Assembly (NCBI GenBank): GCA_000004985.1
Contig: GG738863.1
Origin: Naegleria gruberi
Lineage: Eukaryota
Reading direction: 5' to 3' (one strand)
DNA: 64,000 nt
Shown: piece by piece, positions 11,590 through 22,337 of the stretch
Numbering within the stretch: position 1 is the stretch's first letter
Layout: each line of letters opens with the position of its first letter
The notes under the pieces: generated by a model
Told to the model about the DNA's origin: nothing
Database searches by the model: none
Seen by the model: only the letters and a program-made list of their open reading frames with translations
Position numbers and translations under genes: made by a program

Positions 11590-12488
11590 TAAAATTAAAC
11601 TATCAGAAACTATTGCGTAATCAAACATTTGAGAGATCACATGAATAAATAACTCATACTGTTCATCAACTAGACAAGCAAGACTCAGATGAAATTCCAA
11701 GTAGTCCATCTTCATTCCCTGGAACCAAGAACTCATTTTGAACAAGTTTACGTCACCAAATTGATGGGCATCAAAACAATTTACATGTAGATGTGTGGCA
11801 TGTGTTCATGTGGTGGCATGTTGATTGATTCCACACCGTACCTTAATACATGCGATGTGAAATACACATGAGTGAGGGATTTTACATCTATCGTTTGAAC
11901 ACAACATGTTGCTTTTTACTAATGAATGTCTGCAGATGTTGTGTTGTTGATTGTTGAAGTCGACACATGTGTGTTAAGCTACAGTATACAGTAGTGTTGT
12001 AAATTGGTTTTTTTGATTAATGCTTAAACATCCCAAGCTAGCACAACAACTCCAAACTCATCAACAAATGAAAACGTTGCGTCAATGTTGTGTGGTTATT
12101 AAGAATCTACAGTCCACTGAACCAGTGTGAGAGCTGTTGATTTTCAACAATGTTCAAATTTGGATGATGCAAAAGTTACAACTTGTTACCTTTGGTTTGA
12201 AGAGAACACAACAAGTCAAAACATTCAAAATAATACATGGTTCCAAACTATCCAAATAAGAACAATAATGGAAGTTTATCAAAATAGTGCAGAATCTGCA
12301 CCGTAACAAAATTTCAAAACCCAACATATGAGTGTAGGCATATCCTTATTATGCTATGTGGAAATGTGTTCTTGAGATGTGTGTGGTTGTTCAACTAGCA
12401 GGTGAGGAACAGCTTTGCCGCCAAATTTCCAAATTTACAAACAGCCATTTTTGGAAAATTAAATCTTGATCAAAAATTTAAAAAAAAA

Positions 12489-13811
12489 ATGCAACAAACA
12501 AATGGAAGGGAAAATCTACTTAAATTTCTCAAATTGAAAACTCCCATTAAAAAGCCACTACACAAATTGCTCACCCATATTTCTGGTTATTTTCATGATG
12601 AATATATTGATGGTGAATGTTTGAGTGAGGAAGATAATGATGATCCGAATCGATGTAACGATTGTCCAACAATTAAAGACATTGTTCCGATATTTAGATC
12701 ATTGCCATTACCTGTTCAAGTTCATATGTTTACTAATTTTGTTGTTAATTTATTGTGTTTAGATGAAGCATCAGTGACTGGAAGAGAATTTGTCGACAGA
12801 CGTGATTTGAATAATAATAATAATGTTAGACTCGATTATGAAGATATGTTCAGTGGATTGCCAGAAGAGAAAGTTAAGGAAAAGGAGATTTTGAGTTGTT
12901 TTATTGTCTACTTGTTTTTTAAAAGATATGCCATGACGAGGTTAGGTTTGGAATTAGAATTTTTCTTTGATTCGGAAAATGTCATGTCTTGGAATGATAG
13001 AGAAATGTTTTCTGAGGTGTTTAAAGAATTGAATCTTGATTATAAGGAATTGAGAAAAGTTTCCAAAGAAGAGTTGAATTTGAACCAATTAAAAAAGTCG
13101 AAAGATGGAGACATGTGGTATAAATTAGTATTAATGATCCACGAGGAATTCTTTGAGGATTTGTCAGATGAGGCCAAACAATTCAGAGAAAAGATTTCAA
13201 ATATTGTTTTTAATGAAATGGATAGAGCTAAATCTAATTGTGAAGAGTATACTTTATTGCAAAATTGGCATACTGATATTGTTTCTAATTATGCAAAGAT
13301 TTATAGAAAGAATCAACCACATAAGGATTTATTGAAACTTGGAATTGTTTGTCAAACTTCATCTCTTCACAATTCTGCAAGCCAAGATAAACATGTCAAT
13401 TACTTTTGGGATAATATCAAGAATGTGGATAATTTAGGAAATGTTCAAATGGGTTTATTCTCTCCCTCACCAAGAGCATACTTTACATTCTGTTGTTATG
13501 GAGCTAAGATGAAGCAACATAATTATGACTTTGGCGATCCAAAACAGAAATTGAGAGGATTCTTTGCCATGTGTGACTATCATAGAAAACATTCACTCTT
13601 TATCAACAGCTTTTGTGTGGGTCCATACGTTGTCGAGTTCAAAAGATTTCCTATTCTATCTCATTTCAACCACGAAAAGTGTAAGATGTGCAATACAAAG
13701 GGAAAACTCTGTCAGGCCTGTAAATCTGTAAGGTATTGTAGTTTGGCATGCCAGAAATCTGACTGGAACTCTCACAAGCAAAATTGTAAAATATATCAAT
13801 TATTTTTGTAA
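12489..13811 (+). CDS. MYND-type zinc-finger protein
   Basis: The track start 12402 is GTG; the first ATG is 12489 in an AAAAAAAAAATG context. The C-terminus CKMCNTKGKLCQACKSVRYCSLACQKSDWNSHKQNC matches MYND C4-C2HC spacing. Confidence 0.6.
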   Translation: MQQTNGRENLLKFLKLKTPIKKPLHKLLTHISGYFHDEYIDGECLSEEDNDDPNRCNDCPTIKDIVPIFRSLPLPVQVHMFTNFVVNLLCLDEASVTGREFVDRRDLNNNNNVRLDYEDMFSGLPEEKVKEKEILSCFIVYLFFKRYAMTRLGLELEFFFDSENVMSWNDREMFSEVFKELNLDYKELRKVSKEELNLNQLKKSKDGDMWYKLVLMIHEEFFEDLSDEAKQFREKISNIVFNEMDRAKSNCEEYTLLQNWHTDIVSNYAKIYRKNQPHKDLLKLGIVCQTSSLHNSASQDKHVNYFWDNIKNVDNLGNVQMGLFSPSPRAYFTFCCYGAKMKQHNYDFGDPKQKLRGFFAMCDYHRKHSLFINSFCVGPYVVEFKRFPILSHFNHEKCKMCNTKGKLCQACKSVRYCSLACQKSDWNSHKQNCKIYQLFL

Positions 13812-13934
13812 TAATTAAACAACTGTAATGAATCTATTAGAAAACAGCTCTTTCCCCATTTTCATTATCACTCTTCAATCAGATTGGTCAGCTTAAGTAT
13901 GTCAGAAAGCCTTAATAATCACAACTAAATGTAA

Positions 13935-14006
13935 GGGACCATGGTCTAGTGGTATGATTCTCGCTTTGGGTGCGAGAGGCCGTGGGTTCGATTCCCACTG
14001 GTCCCC
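13935..14006 (+). tRNA. tRNA-Pro (anticodon UGG)
   Basis: Cloverleaf by hand. The 7-bp acceptor GGGACCA/TGGTCCC pairs, with a D-loop AGTGGTA. The anticodon stem CTCGC/GCGAG carries the loop TTTGGGT, giving anticodon TGG. The T-arm is GTGGG-TTCGATT-CCCAC. Closely resembles canonical eukaryotic tRNA-Pro. Confidence 0.9.
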
Positions 14007-14049
14007 TTTCTTTAAATTTATCAATTCTTTTTCAAAGTCTATATTTCAT

Positions 14050-15424
14050 TTATTTCCACTCTACTGGGATAGCCTTTGTTTTAAACTCCCTTTCGAACGG
14101 AACCACATTTCCTTCAGCATTCTTTGCATTATTATCATTATAAATTGCAAACACAACCTGTTCGAAATGTCCATCAAATTCCTGAATTACTTGATTGAAG
14201 AGAGCCGCCATGTGTTGAGGAGGATTTTTGTAAGCTCCACATCCCAAAGAGGATAAAACAAGTGTTGTTACATTGTGTTCGATAGCCATTGCAAATATGA
14301 GACGAAGTTTCTTCTTGACATTTTCTACAAGTGAGGAGTGGAATCTGTTTGCATTCTTTGGATCCAAATCAGGATTTGAGTAAGCAGCCACACAAACAAC
14401 ATCTGTTTTGTAGATTTTATCCAAGAATGGATATCCTTTGAGTTCACTTCCTCTAATCACGGTGACATTTGGCACATAAACACCTCCAAATTCATCGAGT
14501 GGGTATTTTCCAGTTCGTTTCTTATCCCATTTCTCAATATCTTCGAGGGAGAAGGCTAGACTTGTTCTACGGAAAAGATTTTCTTCTTGGGCTCCAGCTC
14601 CTATATCAGTCAAAATCAATTTGGTCAACCAAGCAATAAATTGATTAGATTTCAAATTGACTGAAAAACTCACCTGTTTTGTAGCCTCCACCTGGTCTTT
14701 TTGCACTTGCCATATTTAATACAGCAACCTTCCTCACAATATTTTCCTCAATTTTTGCATTCTTTTGCAACAACAATGCAGCTTCCAAACAATCTCCTTC
14801 CATCACCAATACTTGAGTGTTTTTAAATAATTTTGGTGTTTTCAAAGTCTCCAAAATTGATTGGGCAGCACTATGATTTGAATAAAACTTGGTATTCACA
14901 CAACTCTCCATCAAATCATCTCTATTAATTGAAATAATGTTATCCTCCAATAATTCCTCTCCGACTGCTTGTGTACTGATTACTTCTCTATCAGGTTTAA
15001 AATACAAATTTCTAAATGCATGGAATGTTCCTTCTTGAACCACTTGTCTCATCATCTTTAAATTTTCCTTTCCAGATTTCTGATAATTTTCAAACCACTT
15101 CTTCCACTGTTTTCCACTAAATTCATACTTATCCATATACGAATATAAACTAGCCATATTCATGTTTTGATAATACTTGTCCGGAATTGAATATTTCATC
15201 ATTGAATTATCAGATAATTCCTCAGAAGCAGCACCAGCAGCAGTAGAACTATTCACGTTAGTAGAATAAAATTGTTTCGATTGTTTCGAATTTGAATTTT
15301 TAAATCCTCCCGATCGATTATTATTATTCTTTGAATGATTATTATTCAACATTTTCAAAATGGTATGATTTGTGGTGTTGAGATTTTTTTTAAAATTAAA
15401 TTTAGCAAACGATGAACTTTTCAT
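14050..15424 (-). CDS. bacterial-type poly(ADP-ribose) glycohydrolase-like macrodomain protein (DUF2263/TIGR02452 family), 2 exons
   Basis: complement(join(14050..14600,14674..15424)). The 73-nt intron (GTGAGT...TATAG) removes the in-frame stop between the two track ORFs. Spliced product contains ...LNMASAKRPGGGYKTG-AGAQEENLFRR... and LVLSSLGCGAYKNPP, the signature motifs of the microbial PARG/macro family. ATG confirmed at 15424. Confidence 0.75.
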
Positions 15425-15528
15425 TTTTTTTCAAGGGGTTTTGCAACTCGATTTTGAAATTGAAAATTGTGAATAGTTTACAATGAATCAATTTTTGATG
15501 AGTTTTAAAATAGAAATTTGAAAAAAAA
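15425..15528. promoter_or_regulatory. 104-bp divergent intergenic region shared by PARG-like gene (-) and ORF 15529 (+); putative bidirectional promoter
   Basis: Both ATGs confirmed, oriented head-to-head. AT-rich with oligo-A/T runs. Confidence 0.4.
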
Positions 15529-16914
15529 ATGAGCAAATTCATTGGCACTCTCAGCCATGATGTTTTCTATTATCAAATCCTTCCCTATCTACCCTATTTT
15601 TACTTGTCCATATTTCGGAGGGTGAGCAAAAGTTTTCGTAAATTTGTCGAAGGCTATCAAAAGTATTTGTTATTTAAGAGGTTTTTAACTCCCTCGGATA
15701 AGAAGAAACAAAAGACTTATTCGTATTGGAAAATGATGGAAACATCATCAACGCATCCAATTTGCAAAATGAATGATTTGAAATTGGTTGAGAAGATTGA
15801 TTTTGATAGATTTAATCTGATTAGGACACAGAATAATTATTCCCTGATGGCGAACATGATGAAGAGATTGTATTATTATAAGGAATTGAAATGGTTCTTG
15901 TACTATTTGGATAATTATGAAAATACGAAAGTGGAATGGACAGATAGATTGTTTATTAATGGATGTGATTTTGATCAATTGATAAATCATGGAGAAGATA
16001 ATATTTATGAAATGAATGATTATGAAATGGTGGAAGGAGATTATAATATTAGTTTATCATTGGTTGGTGTTACCATTGATGATGAAAATTATTTTAAATA
16101 TTTGCAGAATGAATTTGGAAATATTAGAATTAGTAATTTTGAATTGGTATTTGCACATACTGAGGAGTTTTCCTTTTGGATTAGGGAAGCAATTTACTAT
16201 ACTGATTGCTCTGAAATTAGCAATAAGATTTCATCATTCAAGACATCAAAAGTGGAAGCTTTAGGATATGTGAAAAGGTGTGCTCGTGCCTGTGGAGTGG
16301 TTCCATCACTTGTGCCAAGAGGAGATTTATTTTTCAAATTAATTTACAGGAATAATTCACTTGATTGGAAATTATGCAAGTGGATGTATAGGAATTCTGT
16401 CATTCCAATATTTGAAGTACTGAACTTTATGTATCGTTCTGATATCATGTGCTATTGTTTCGATCAGATTATTTCATTGGCAAAGTTTTACTATTTGGAA
16501 GAAAAGACATTTAATACTTTTCAATCTCAATATGCGACATTTAGAAAGCAACCCAAAGTGGTGGAATGTGTAGATCGGCTCATTGAACTCTTCTCCATTG
16601 TTGTAGAAAAGGGAAAGGAAGAAGAATTGTTCAATTCAACACAACCACCTAATGTTCTTAAAATGGCTCAACTCCTCGATAAGAAAACAATCACTCGATA
16701 TAACTACCTTAGATCCTCCTCATTAATTAATGAAGATGCTAGTATGAACTTTTCCTTTTATAGTTGGGAAAATGATTTCATCTATGCTTATTTTCAAAGA
16801 AAACCAAAGAATATTGTTTCACTTCAATTACCAACTACTTTACAAAATAACTCCAAGCAACAACTAGTGGATATTAATACCTTTGATTTGGAAGAACTTG
16901 ATTCTTACAAATAG
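15529..16914 (+). CDS. hypothetical protein with weak N-terminal F-box-like motif
   Basis: ATG in AAAAAAAAATG context, 105 bp from the divergent PARG-like start (shared promoter region). 461 aa, no catalytic motif recognised. Confidence 0.45.
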   Translation: MSKFIGTLSHDVFYYQILPYLPYFYLSIFRRVSKSFRKFVEGYQKYLLFKRFLTPSDKKKQKTYSYWKMMETSSTHPICKMNDLKLVEKIDFDRFNLIRTQNNYSLMANMMKRLYYYKELKWFLYYLDNYENTKVEWTDRLFINGCDFDQLINHGEDNIYEMNDYEMVEGDYNISLSLVGVTIDDENYFKYLQNEFGNIRISNFELVFAHTEEFSFWIREAIYYTDCSEISNKISSFKTSKVEALGYVKRCARACGVVPSLVPRGDLFFKLIYRNNSLDWKLCKWMYRNSVIPIFEVLNFMYRSDIMCYCFDQIISLAKFYYLEEKTFNTFQSQYATFRKQPKVVECVDRLIELFSIVVEKGKEEELFNSTQPPNVLKMAQLLDKKTITRYNYLRSSSLINEDASMNFSFYSWENDFIYAYFQRKPKNIVSLQLPTTLQNNSKQQLVDINTFDLEELDSYK

Positions 16915-17344
16915 ATTCTCAAAGTTTAATTATATCAATCAATCAACTTGAAAAACTAGCTGCAAATACATCATTTAAATTATTCGAATCTTCTTTTATT
17001 GATGGTGCCTTAATATCATTCCACTTTTTTAAAGTGAGCAAGCATCAATAATTCATTCCTATATTCATTTATTTAAGAAGAAGTTCCACTCAGTCTTTCC
17101 TCTTCAAACATCCTTTTGATGGTAGCTGCTGAATGTTCTTCTCTCCATTCGACTTCCATCTTCCACTCGAACCGTAAAATCAAAATCTTTTGGTTATTTG
17201 TAAATCAATTTAAAAACTTCAATTATAAAAAAAATTGAAAAAACATCAAACTCTTAATTGTTCATTCATCATAGTCAACGAATTTATTAAATATATTACT
17301 AATATTAATATACTAAATATTAATAGTTAAATAGAAAAATTACA

Positions 17345-17986
17345 ATGTGGGTTGAATATCATAAAAGTGTAGGCGATAATTGTCTTGTTTGTGGACAGGA
17401 AATTGATCAGGATGAATTATGTATTGGATTACAAGCCTTGCCCCGAGGTTTGATAGAACAAGTTTTTCCTTTTCATCCCGATAAGACAAATTCGAGAATT
17501 ATTAATTTGGGATCAATTCGTTTGGGAAAACACGTCGATTGGAATAGTTTAGACCCTATCAAGAATGATGATTTGGAGAACTCAGAGTTACCTCCAATAG
17601 GGAAGAATTACATTCATCTGCTGAAGAATTGTTTTTCACCTGCCATTCATAGACCTTTTCAATGTATGTTTGAGTATAAGAGTATTGAGAGTGAGGATGT
17701 GGCGATGGTGGAGAGAATGATTGTGGATTGGCAGAAATTGAGAAAGATATTGTCAAGTCCACAAAAGAAGAGAAAGGCAGTTAAGGAGGAGGATGAGGAT
17801 GAAGAAGATTCTCCATCTCCAAAGAGAGTTACAAGAAGCAGAAGTAGAAAGAAGGTAGTTGTAAAGGAAAGCAGTAGTGAAGAAGAAGAGAGCGAAAGTG
17901 ATAGTGAAGAGGAAAAAAAACCAAGAAGGTCTCGCCGGTTGAGTCGTCTTAGTGTGAAAAAGGAAAGTGTAAAGAAAGGAAATTGA
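17345..17986 (+). CDS. PARP-type zinc-finger (DNA-nick-sensor-like) domain protein with K/E/S-rich tail
   Basis: The N-terminus MWVEYHKSVGDNCLVCGQEIDQDELCIGLQ closely follows the zf-PARP start consensus (vEYAKSgra-CkkC-e-I-k-elRig). The C-terminal half is a charged low-complexity region (KKRKAVKEEDEDEED...). Confidence 0.55.
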   Translation: MWVEYHKSVGDNCLVCGQEIDQDELCIGLQALPRGLIEQVFPFHPDKTNSRIINLGSIRLGKHVDWNSLDPIKNDDLENSELPPIGKNYIHLLKNCFSPAIHRPFQCMFEYKSIESEDVAMVERMIVDWQKLRKILSSPQKKRKAVKEEDEDEEDSPSPKRVTRSRSRKKVVVKESSSEEEESESDSEEEKKPRRSRRLSRLSVKKESVKKGN

Positions 17987-18065
17987 GTCAAGCTCGATTG
18001 CAGAGGTCAAGAAGGAAGATGATGTACAAGATTTACTGGTAAAGGTTGAGGAAGATGACGGACCA

Positions 18066-18866
18066 GTGGATGAGAAACCATTATTCGAAACCTCATGCTA
18101 TTTACTTGGACTTTCAGATGAGATTTGGTGTGAAATTTTGGAATATTTAAATTTTGATGAATATTTCAATATTGCTCAAGTTTCCAAAGGAATGCACTTT
18201 TATTCGAATCTCAAAGTAGTTTGGAAGAATTTTATTTGTAGATATATTTGTCCAAATGCTCAGCAAGTGCAAACTACTCACTTTCCACAATTGGAGGACA
18301 ATTATAAGGAACTTTTCATGAAATTATACAATAATTGTTGTATTGTGTGTGGAGAATATTTGAGAGGAGATATTAAACTGGATAATCCAGTCTCTTTAGC
18401 TCAATCCAAGGGAGAAATAAGATTGGCTGCTCATCCTGCTTATTATAATTTTCTGGTAGATAATTGTGTTTGCACTTCCTGTCAATCCAATTCACTTGTG
18501 GAGACAATAAGTAAGACTGAATTGAAAAGATTCTACAATGTGAGCGATACTGAATTGTCTGATATGAGATGTATGAAATCACCTAATCCATTCCACAGAT
18601 CAACCCCAATGTTCAAATATTTAATTAGTCAAGCAAAAGTAGTCCACCAAAAGAAGCAAGAGAAAGCTCTATTACTTCTTCATAGCAAATTTAAGAAATT
18701 GAAAATTTCTAAGGGAGCCTATTTTGCTTTGATACAGAGAGGTAAACGAGGTCATTTTGGAAATGATTGTTTGGTTTACTTGGCCTTAACTGGAGACAAA
18801 TCCAATTACAAACAAAAGAAATTGGAGGAATATATTAGAAATTTGATTTTGACTAATCAAGATTAA
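18066..18866 (+). CDS. F-box-like protein with Cys-rich zinc-ribbon-like region; 5' end unresolved
   Basis: F-box-like LLGLSDEIWCEILEYLNFDEYFNIAQVSKGMHF plus CCIVCGEY...CTSCQ. The track start is GTG and there is no in-frame ATG between the upstream stop (17970) and the F-box. Either an upstream exon exists (possibly joined to the zf-PARP gene) or there is an indel. Confidence 0.45.
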   Translation: MDEKPLFETSCYLLGLSDEIWCEILEYLNFDEYFNIAQVSKGMHFYSNLKVVWKNFICRYICPNAQQVQTTHFPQLEDNYKELFMKLYNNCCIVCGEYLRGDIKLDNPVSLAQSKGEIRLAAHPAYYNFLVDNCVCTSCQSNSLVETISKTELKRFYNVSDTELSDMRCMKSPNPFHRSTPMFKYLISQAKVVHQKKQEKALLLLHSKFKKLKISKGAYFALIQRGKRGHFGNDCLVYLALTGDKSNYKQKKLEEYIRNLILTNQD

Positions 18867-19065
18867 ATTTGCAGTACACAAATTGTTTTATTTTGGCAAG
18901 TTGCTTCTCAAAACTCTCAACACATTTCCACCCATAATCTTGTTAATCTCTTCTTGATTAAAACCTTCTGAAATAAGGGCATCTGTCAGATAAACCAAAT
19001 GGTCAGCAGCTCCAAATGCATTGATAGCTCTATTTTGATTAAGCCAAATACTTAAATATTAATAC

Positions 19066-20349
19066 TTACCCATCCCAATCAGATCCTAAAGCAATATGAT
19101 CCACACCAACCATATTAGCAATATGTTTCATTGTCTTGGCAACTGATTTAAAGCCAAAACCACAAGTAGTAAATTCAAAGAAAGCAATACCCATAACACC
19201 ATTTCTCTTGGCAATTCTTCTTGCCACTTCTTCTGAAATATTTCTTGTATGGTTACAATCACTTTTAACTCCTGTATGTGAGACGATAACTGTTGTATTC
19301 CAAGGTTCAGTCAAATCCAGAACATCCTTCATGTGACTTTCAGAAGCATGAGCCATGTCAATAATCATATTCAAATCAACAACCTTCTTGATTACTTGTT
19401 TACCAAATTCTGAGAGACCATACTTTTCTGATCCATGCAATGATCCACCAACTTGATTATCTGTGAAATGGTTCAATCCAAACATTCTAACTCCCCAATC
19501 ATATAACTTTTGAACATTGTCTAAATTATATTCTAAAACTTGAGCTCCTTCAACGGACAATAATCCAGAGACTAGATTCTTATTGGTCTTTCTTCTCTCC
19601 AAGAAATTTTCAAGATTTCTTTGATTCTTAATAAAGGTAACAAGTCCATTTCCTTCATCTTCATAGGATTGGAGTAATCTACTCATAGCTCTAGCTCTAT
19701 AGAGAGGAGAAAACCAAGCATCCCTTTCATAGAGTTGAGCAAACATCAAGAATGGGAATATGTCAGTATAATTGACATTGTTTTGCATGTTCAATGTGTG
19801 TGGAATTGAATTTACTACAGCAAATGTTTGAAGAGCCATGTTGGACTTTTGCATCTTGGAAAGTGTCACATGTCCCCTAAAATATTATCATCATTCATTC
19901 AGCAACAATCGAATAGTATGTACATCACAACAATACCAGAATTAATTTTCATCAACAATTAAACTGATATAACACAACACCTACATTTCAGATTTCAAGA
20001 AACTACCTCTATGTTTCCACATTAATGTATCCGCATGCAAATCAGCAATAAATGGAATATTCTCATGTACTTGTTGTGCATTCTTATTTTCCAAAACTAA
20101 TAAATCCAAATACTTTTTATCAACTCTATTTGAAATCTTGTCAAATCCATACGGAAAGACAACAAATAGAAAAACCATCGACAAGACACTTCTCAATACA
20201 AAAGATCTGATCAGGGAGGAAACGGATTTCTTACCAATTTTAAATAAAAGGGACATCGGAAAGATTACCACACCAAAGATTACAAGGAACATCATTGATG
20301 TTATCAGTGTTCCTGCCAAACTTTCAAAAAACATTCGATCAGCAGACAT
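19066..20349 (-). CDS. membrane dipeptidase (peptidase M19 / renal dipeptidase family) with N-terminal signal-anchor, 2 exons
   Basis: complement(join(19066..19876,19985..20349)). A 108-nt intron with a GTAGGT donor and TTTTAG acceptor joins ...ADLHADTLMWKHRGSFLKSEM to GHVTLSKMQK.... Conserved M19 motifs present (DLHxDTL, HVxL, DHIALGSDWDG). An N-terminal TM segment is present. Confidence 0.75.
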
Positions 20350-20576
20350 TGTGTTTGTTATTTTTTTTTAAATTTTTCCTGTTTTTACCGCCAAAATTTA
20401 TTATTAGATTTTAATACTACTTTACAAAATATTAATAAAATTTGGCTTATTCCCCAAGATGGACTAACAGACAATGTATGAATCCTAGAGGTCAATATCC
20501 TTAGCTGAAGGTCCACTGGTGGTGTATTAGGTTAGTATACTATGAATGCTATCGAGATTCATTTATAATGATATTC

Positions 20577-22337
20577 CTAAATACTGAAAATATGATTGCT
20601 TGCTCTACACTTTTCAATACATGATTGATAGCGAGATTCATCCTTATTTGATTCCTTCTTGTTTGTAATATCAACATTGTTCAATTCATTGGACATTTCA
20701 TCTGTGATACAAGCAGAGAGACAGGTCATTTGCAAGTCAAACTTCCACTTGACGATTGAGTTCAGCTCTCTAACCAGCCTTGGAAATAATCTGTGTATCA
20801 TACGATATCTAGCTGCGAATGAATTCACCAACTTGATGTGCTGTAAAACTTTTTCAAAATACTTTTTTTCTTCCTCATCTTCAAATATGGATCTTATATT
20901 TCTTCCTTGTCCTATTTTTTCAATTATTCGAATTCTAATAGAATTAAATTGGTTAATTCTGTGACGGACAAAAACTGCCAAATTATGAAATGAATAAAGA
21001 GGAAGTATCAATGAAAAATTAAAGAGTAACAATTCAACCTTTTCGACCAATTCATTCAAACCATCTGCATTAAAATTTAAGAGCTTCAAAGTGGAATAAA
21101 GTCCGTAATTGTGCATCAGCTCAATAGTGGCATGCTTGATTTGTTTTTGAGGATCGGAGAGCTTCTTATTTGCAATCTTGTTATAGAGGAAATCTCTCAC
21201 TGAATATATTAGAGATAATGTAGAAGCTGCATTTTCTAAAGTAATACCATTATTAATAGATTCTGAATCATACTTGTTATCATTGACGTAATGATCATAA
21301 AATTTGGTAAATGATTTCCCAACAAACTTTGAATTTTCTAAATCATCATCCCCAATTGATATATGAGCCTCTCCTTTTGAAGCAATCATTTTGAATTTAA
21401 GTTTGTTTACATCATCCAAATATGGATCGTTTTCAAGGTCCTTGATATAGTTCAAATAATTCCAAGCCATTTCAGTTTGGCCATCGCCAATAGTAAACAT
21501 GGTAAGGAGAACCTTGGAAACCTTTGTACAAAAGTCAACTGGATGAGCCAATGAAGAGTAGTGCACTGACTCTCTAAAGGAATTAAGAGAACGCTCAGTT
21601 TGACTCATCGACTGTTCACACAAACTCTGCACAGCAGAAAGCAGTGTTCTTACAGAGTATTCTTTCTCATATAAATCAACATTCGCCACAATTTCCTCCA
21701 TCTGTTCTCTACTCAAAAAGTCAAAGTTAACATCCACAAAGTCAAAAAAGTAATTAACAATAGCATGATGAATGTTTCCTTTCACCAAGTTTCTCTCCCT
21801 TGTCAAGTATGTTTGTTGTTGTTTTGAGAGATAGGGATGGAATCCGTTAGTTGTTGCTCTCTTTGCTTCCTTGTTTGTTGTTGCTGATGGAGCAATTATT
21901 GCCAATTTCTTCTTCTTTGAATTGTTGTTGTTAGACATATTTACAGTTGTTATTATTGTAGAGGTATTTGTTGGTGATGTTGAAGAAGATGGAGACGATG
22001 ATGAAGAAGAGGAGTTATTACAGTCATTCTTCTTATTTCCTTTAACTCTTCCTCTCTTCTTTGGAGGTATGTATTGACAAGGTCGTTTTCTCATGATACA
22101 TTCAGAACACGATGGTTTGATACGATCACAAGCAAGGTGAGACTTTCTACAGCCTGAGCAAGCAATTTTAGCAAACTGACTCTCCAATTCATCCTTGCCA
22201 CTACTACTATTATCACTATTACTACTACTATTAATCACTTCAACAACAACACCTTGTTCTTCTTCTATTGGTTGGTTACCATTGTCCTCTCCGATATTTT
22301 CCAATTCTGCAATAAATTCATCAAAGATTTGATCCAT
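20577..22337 (-). CDS. Zn(II)2Cys6 (GAL4-type) zinc-cluster transcription factor
   Basis: Perfect C-x2-C-x6-C-x6-C-x2-C-x6-C motif (CSGCRKSHLACDRIKPSCSECIMRKRPC) followed by a basic stretch and S/N-rich linker. The track start 22352 is TTG; the first ATG is at 22337 (MDQIFDEF). Confidence 0.65.
   Translation of the reverse strand: MDQIFDEFIAELENIGEDNGNQPIEEEQGVVVEVINSSSNSDNSSSGKDELESQFAKIACSGCRKSHLACDRIKPSCSECIMRKRPCQYIPPKKRGRVKGNKKNDCNNSSSSSSSPSSSTSPTNTSTIITTVNMSNNNNSKKKKLAIIAPSATTNKEAKRATTNGFHPYLSKQQQTYLTRERNLVKGNIHHAIVNYFFDFVDVNFDFLSREQMEEIVANVDLYEKEYSVRTLLSAVQSLCEQSMSQTERSLNSFRESVHYSSLAHPVDFCTKVSKVLLTMFTIGDGQTEMAWNYLNYIKDLENDPYLDDVNKLKFKMIASKGEAHISIGDDDLENSKFVGKSFTKFYDHYVNDNKYDSESINNGITLENAASTLSLIYSVRDFLYNKIANKKLSDPQKQIKHATIELMHNYGLYSTLKLLNFNADGLNELVEKVELLLFNFSLILPLYSFHNLAVFVRHRINQFNSIRIRIIEKIGQGRNIRSIFEDEEEKKYFEKVLQHIKLVNSFAARYRMIHRLFPRLVRELNSIVKWKFDLQMTCLSACITDEMSNELNNVDITNKKESNKDESRYQSCIEKCRASNHIFSI

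Noticed and set aside
13954-14256. Track ORF overlapping the tRNA-Pro gene
   Set aside because: It starts inside the tRNA, has no ATG context, and its downstream half is antisense to the PARG-like gene. Spurious.
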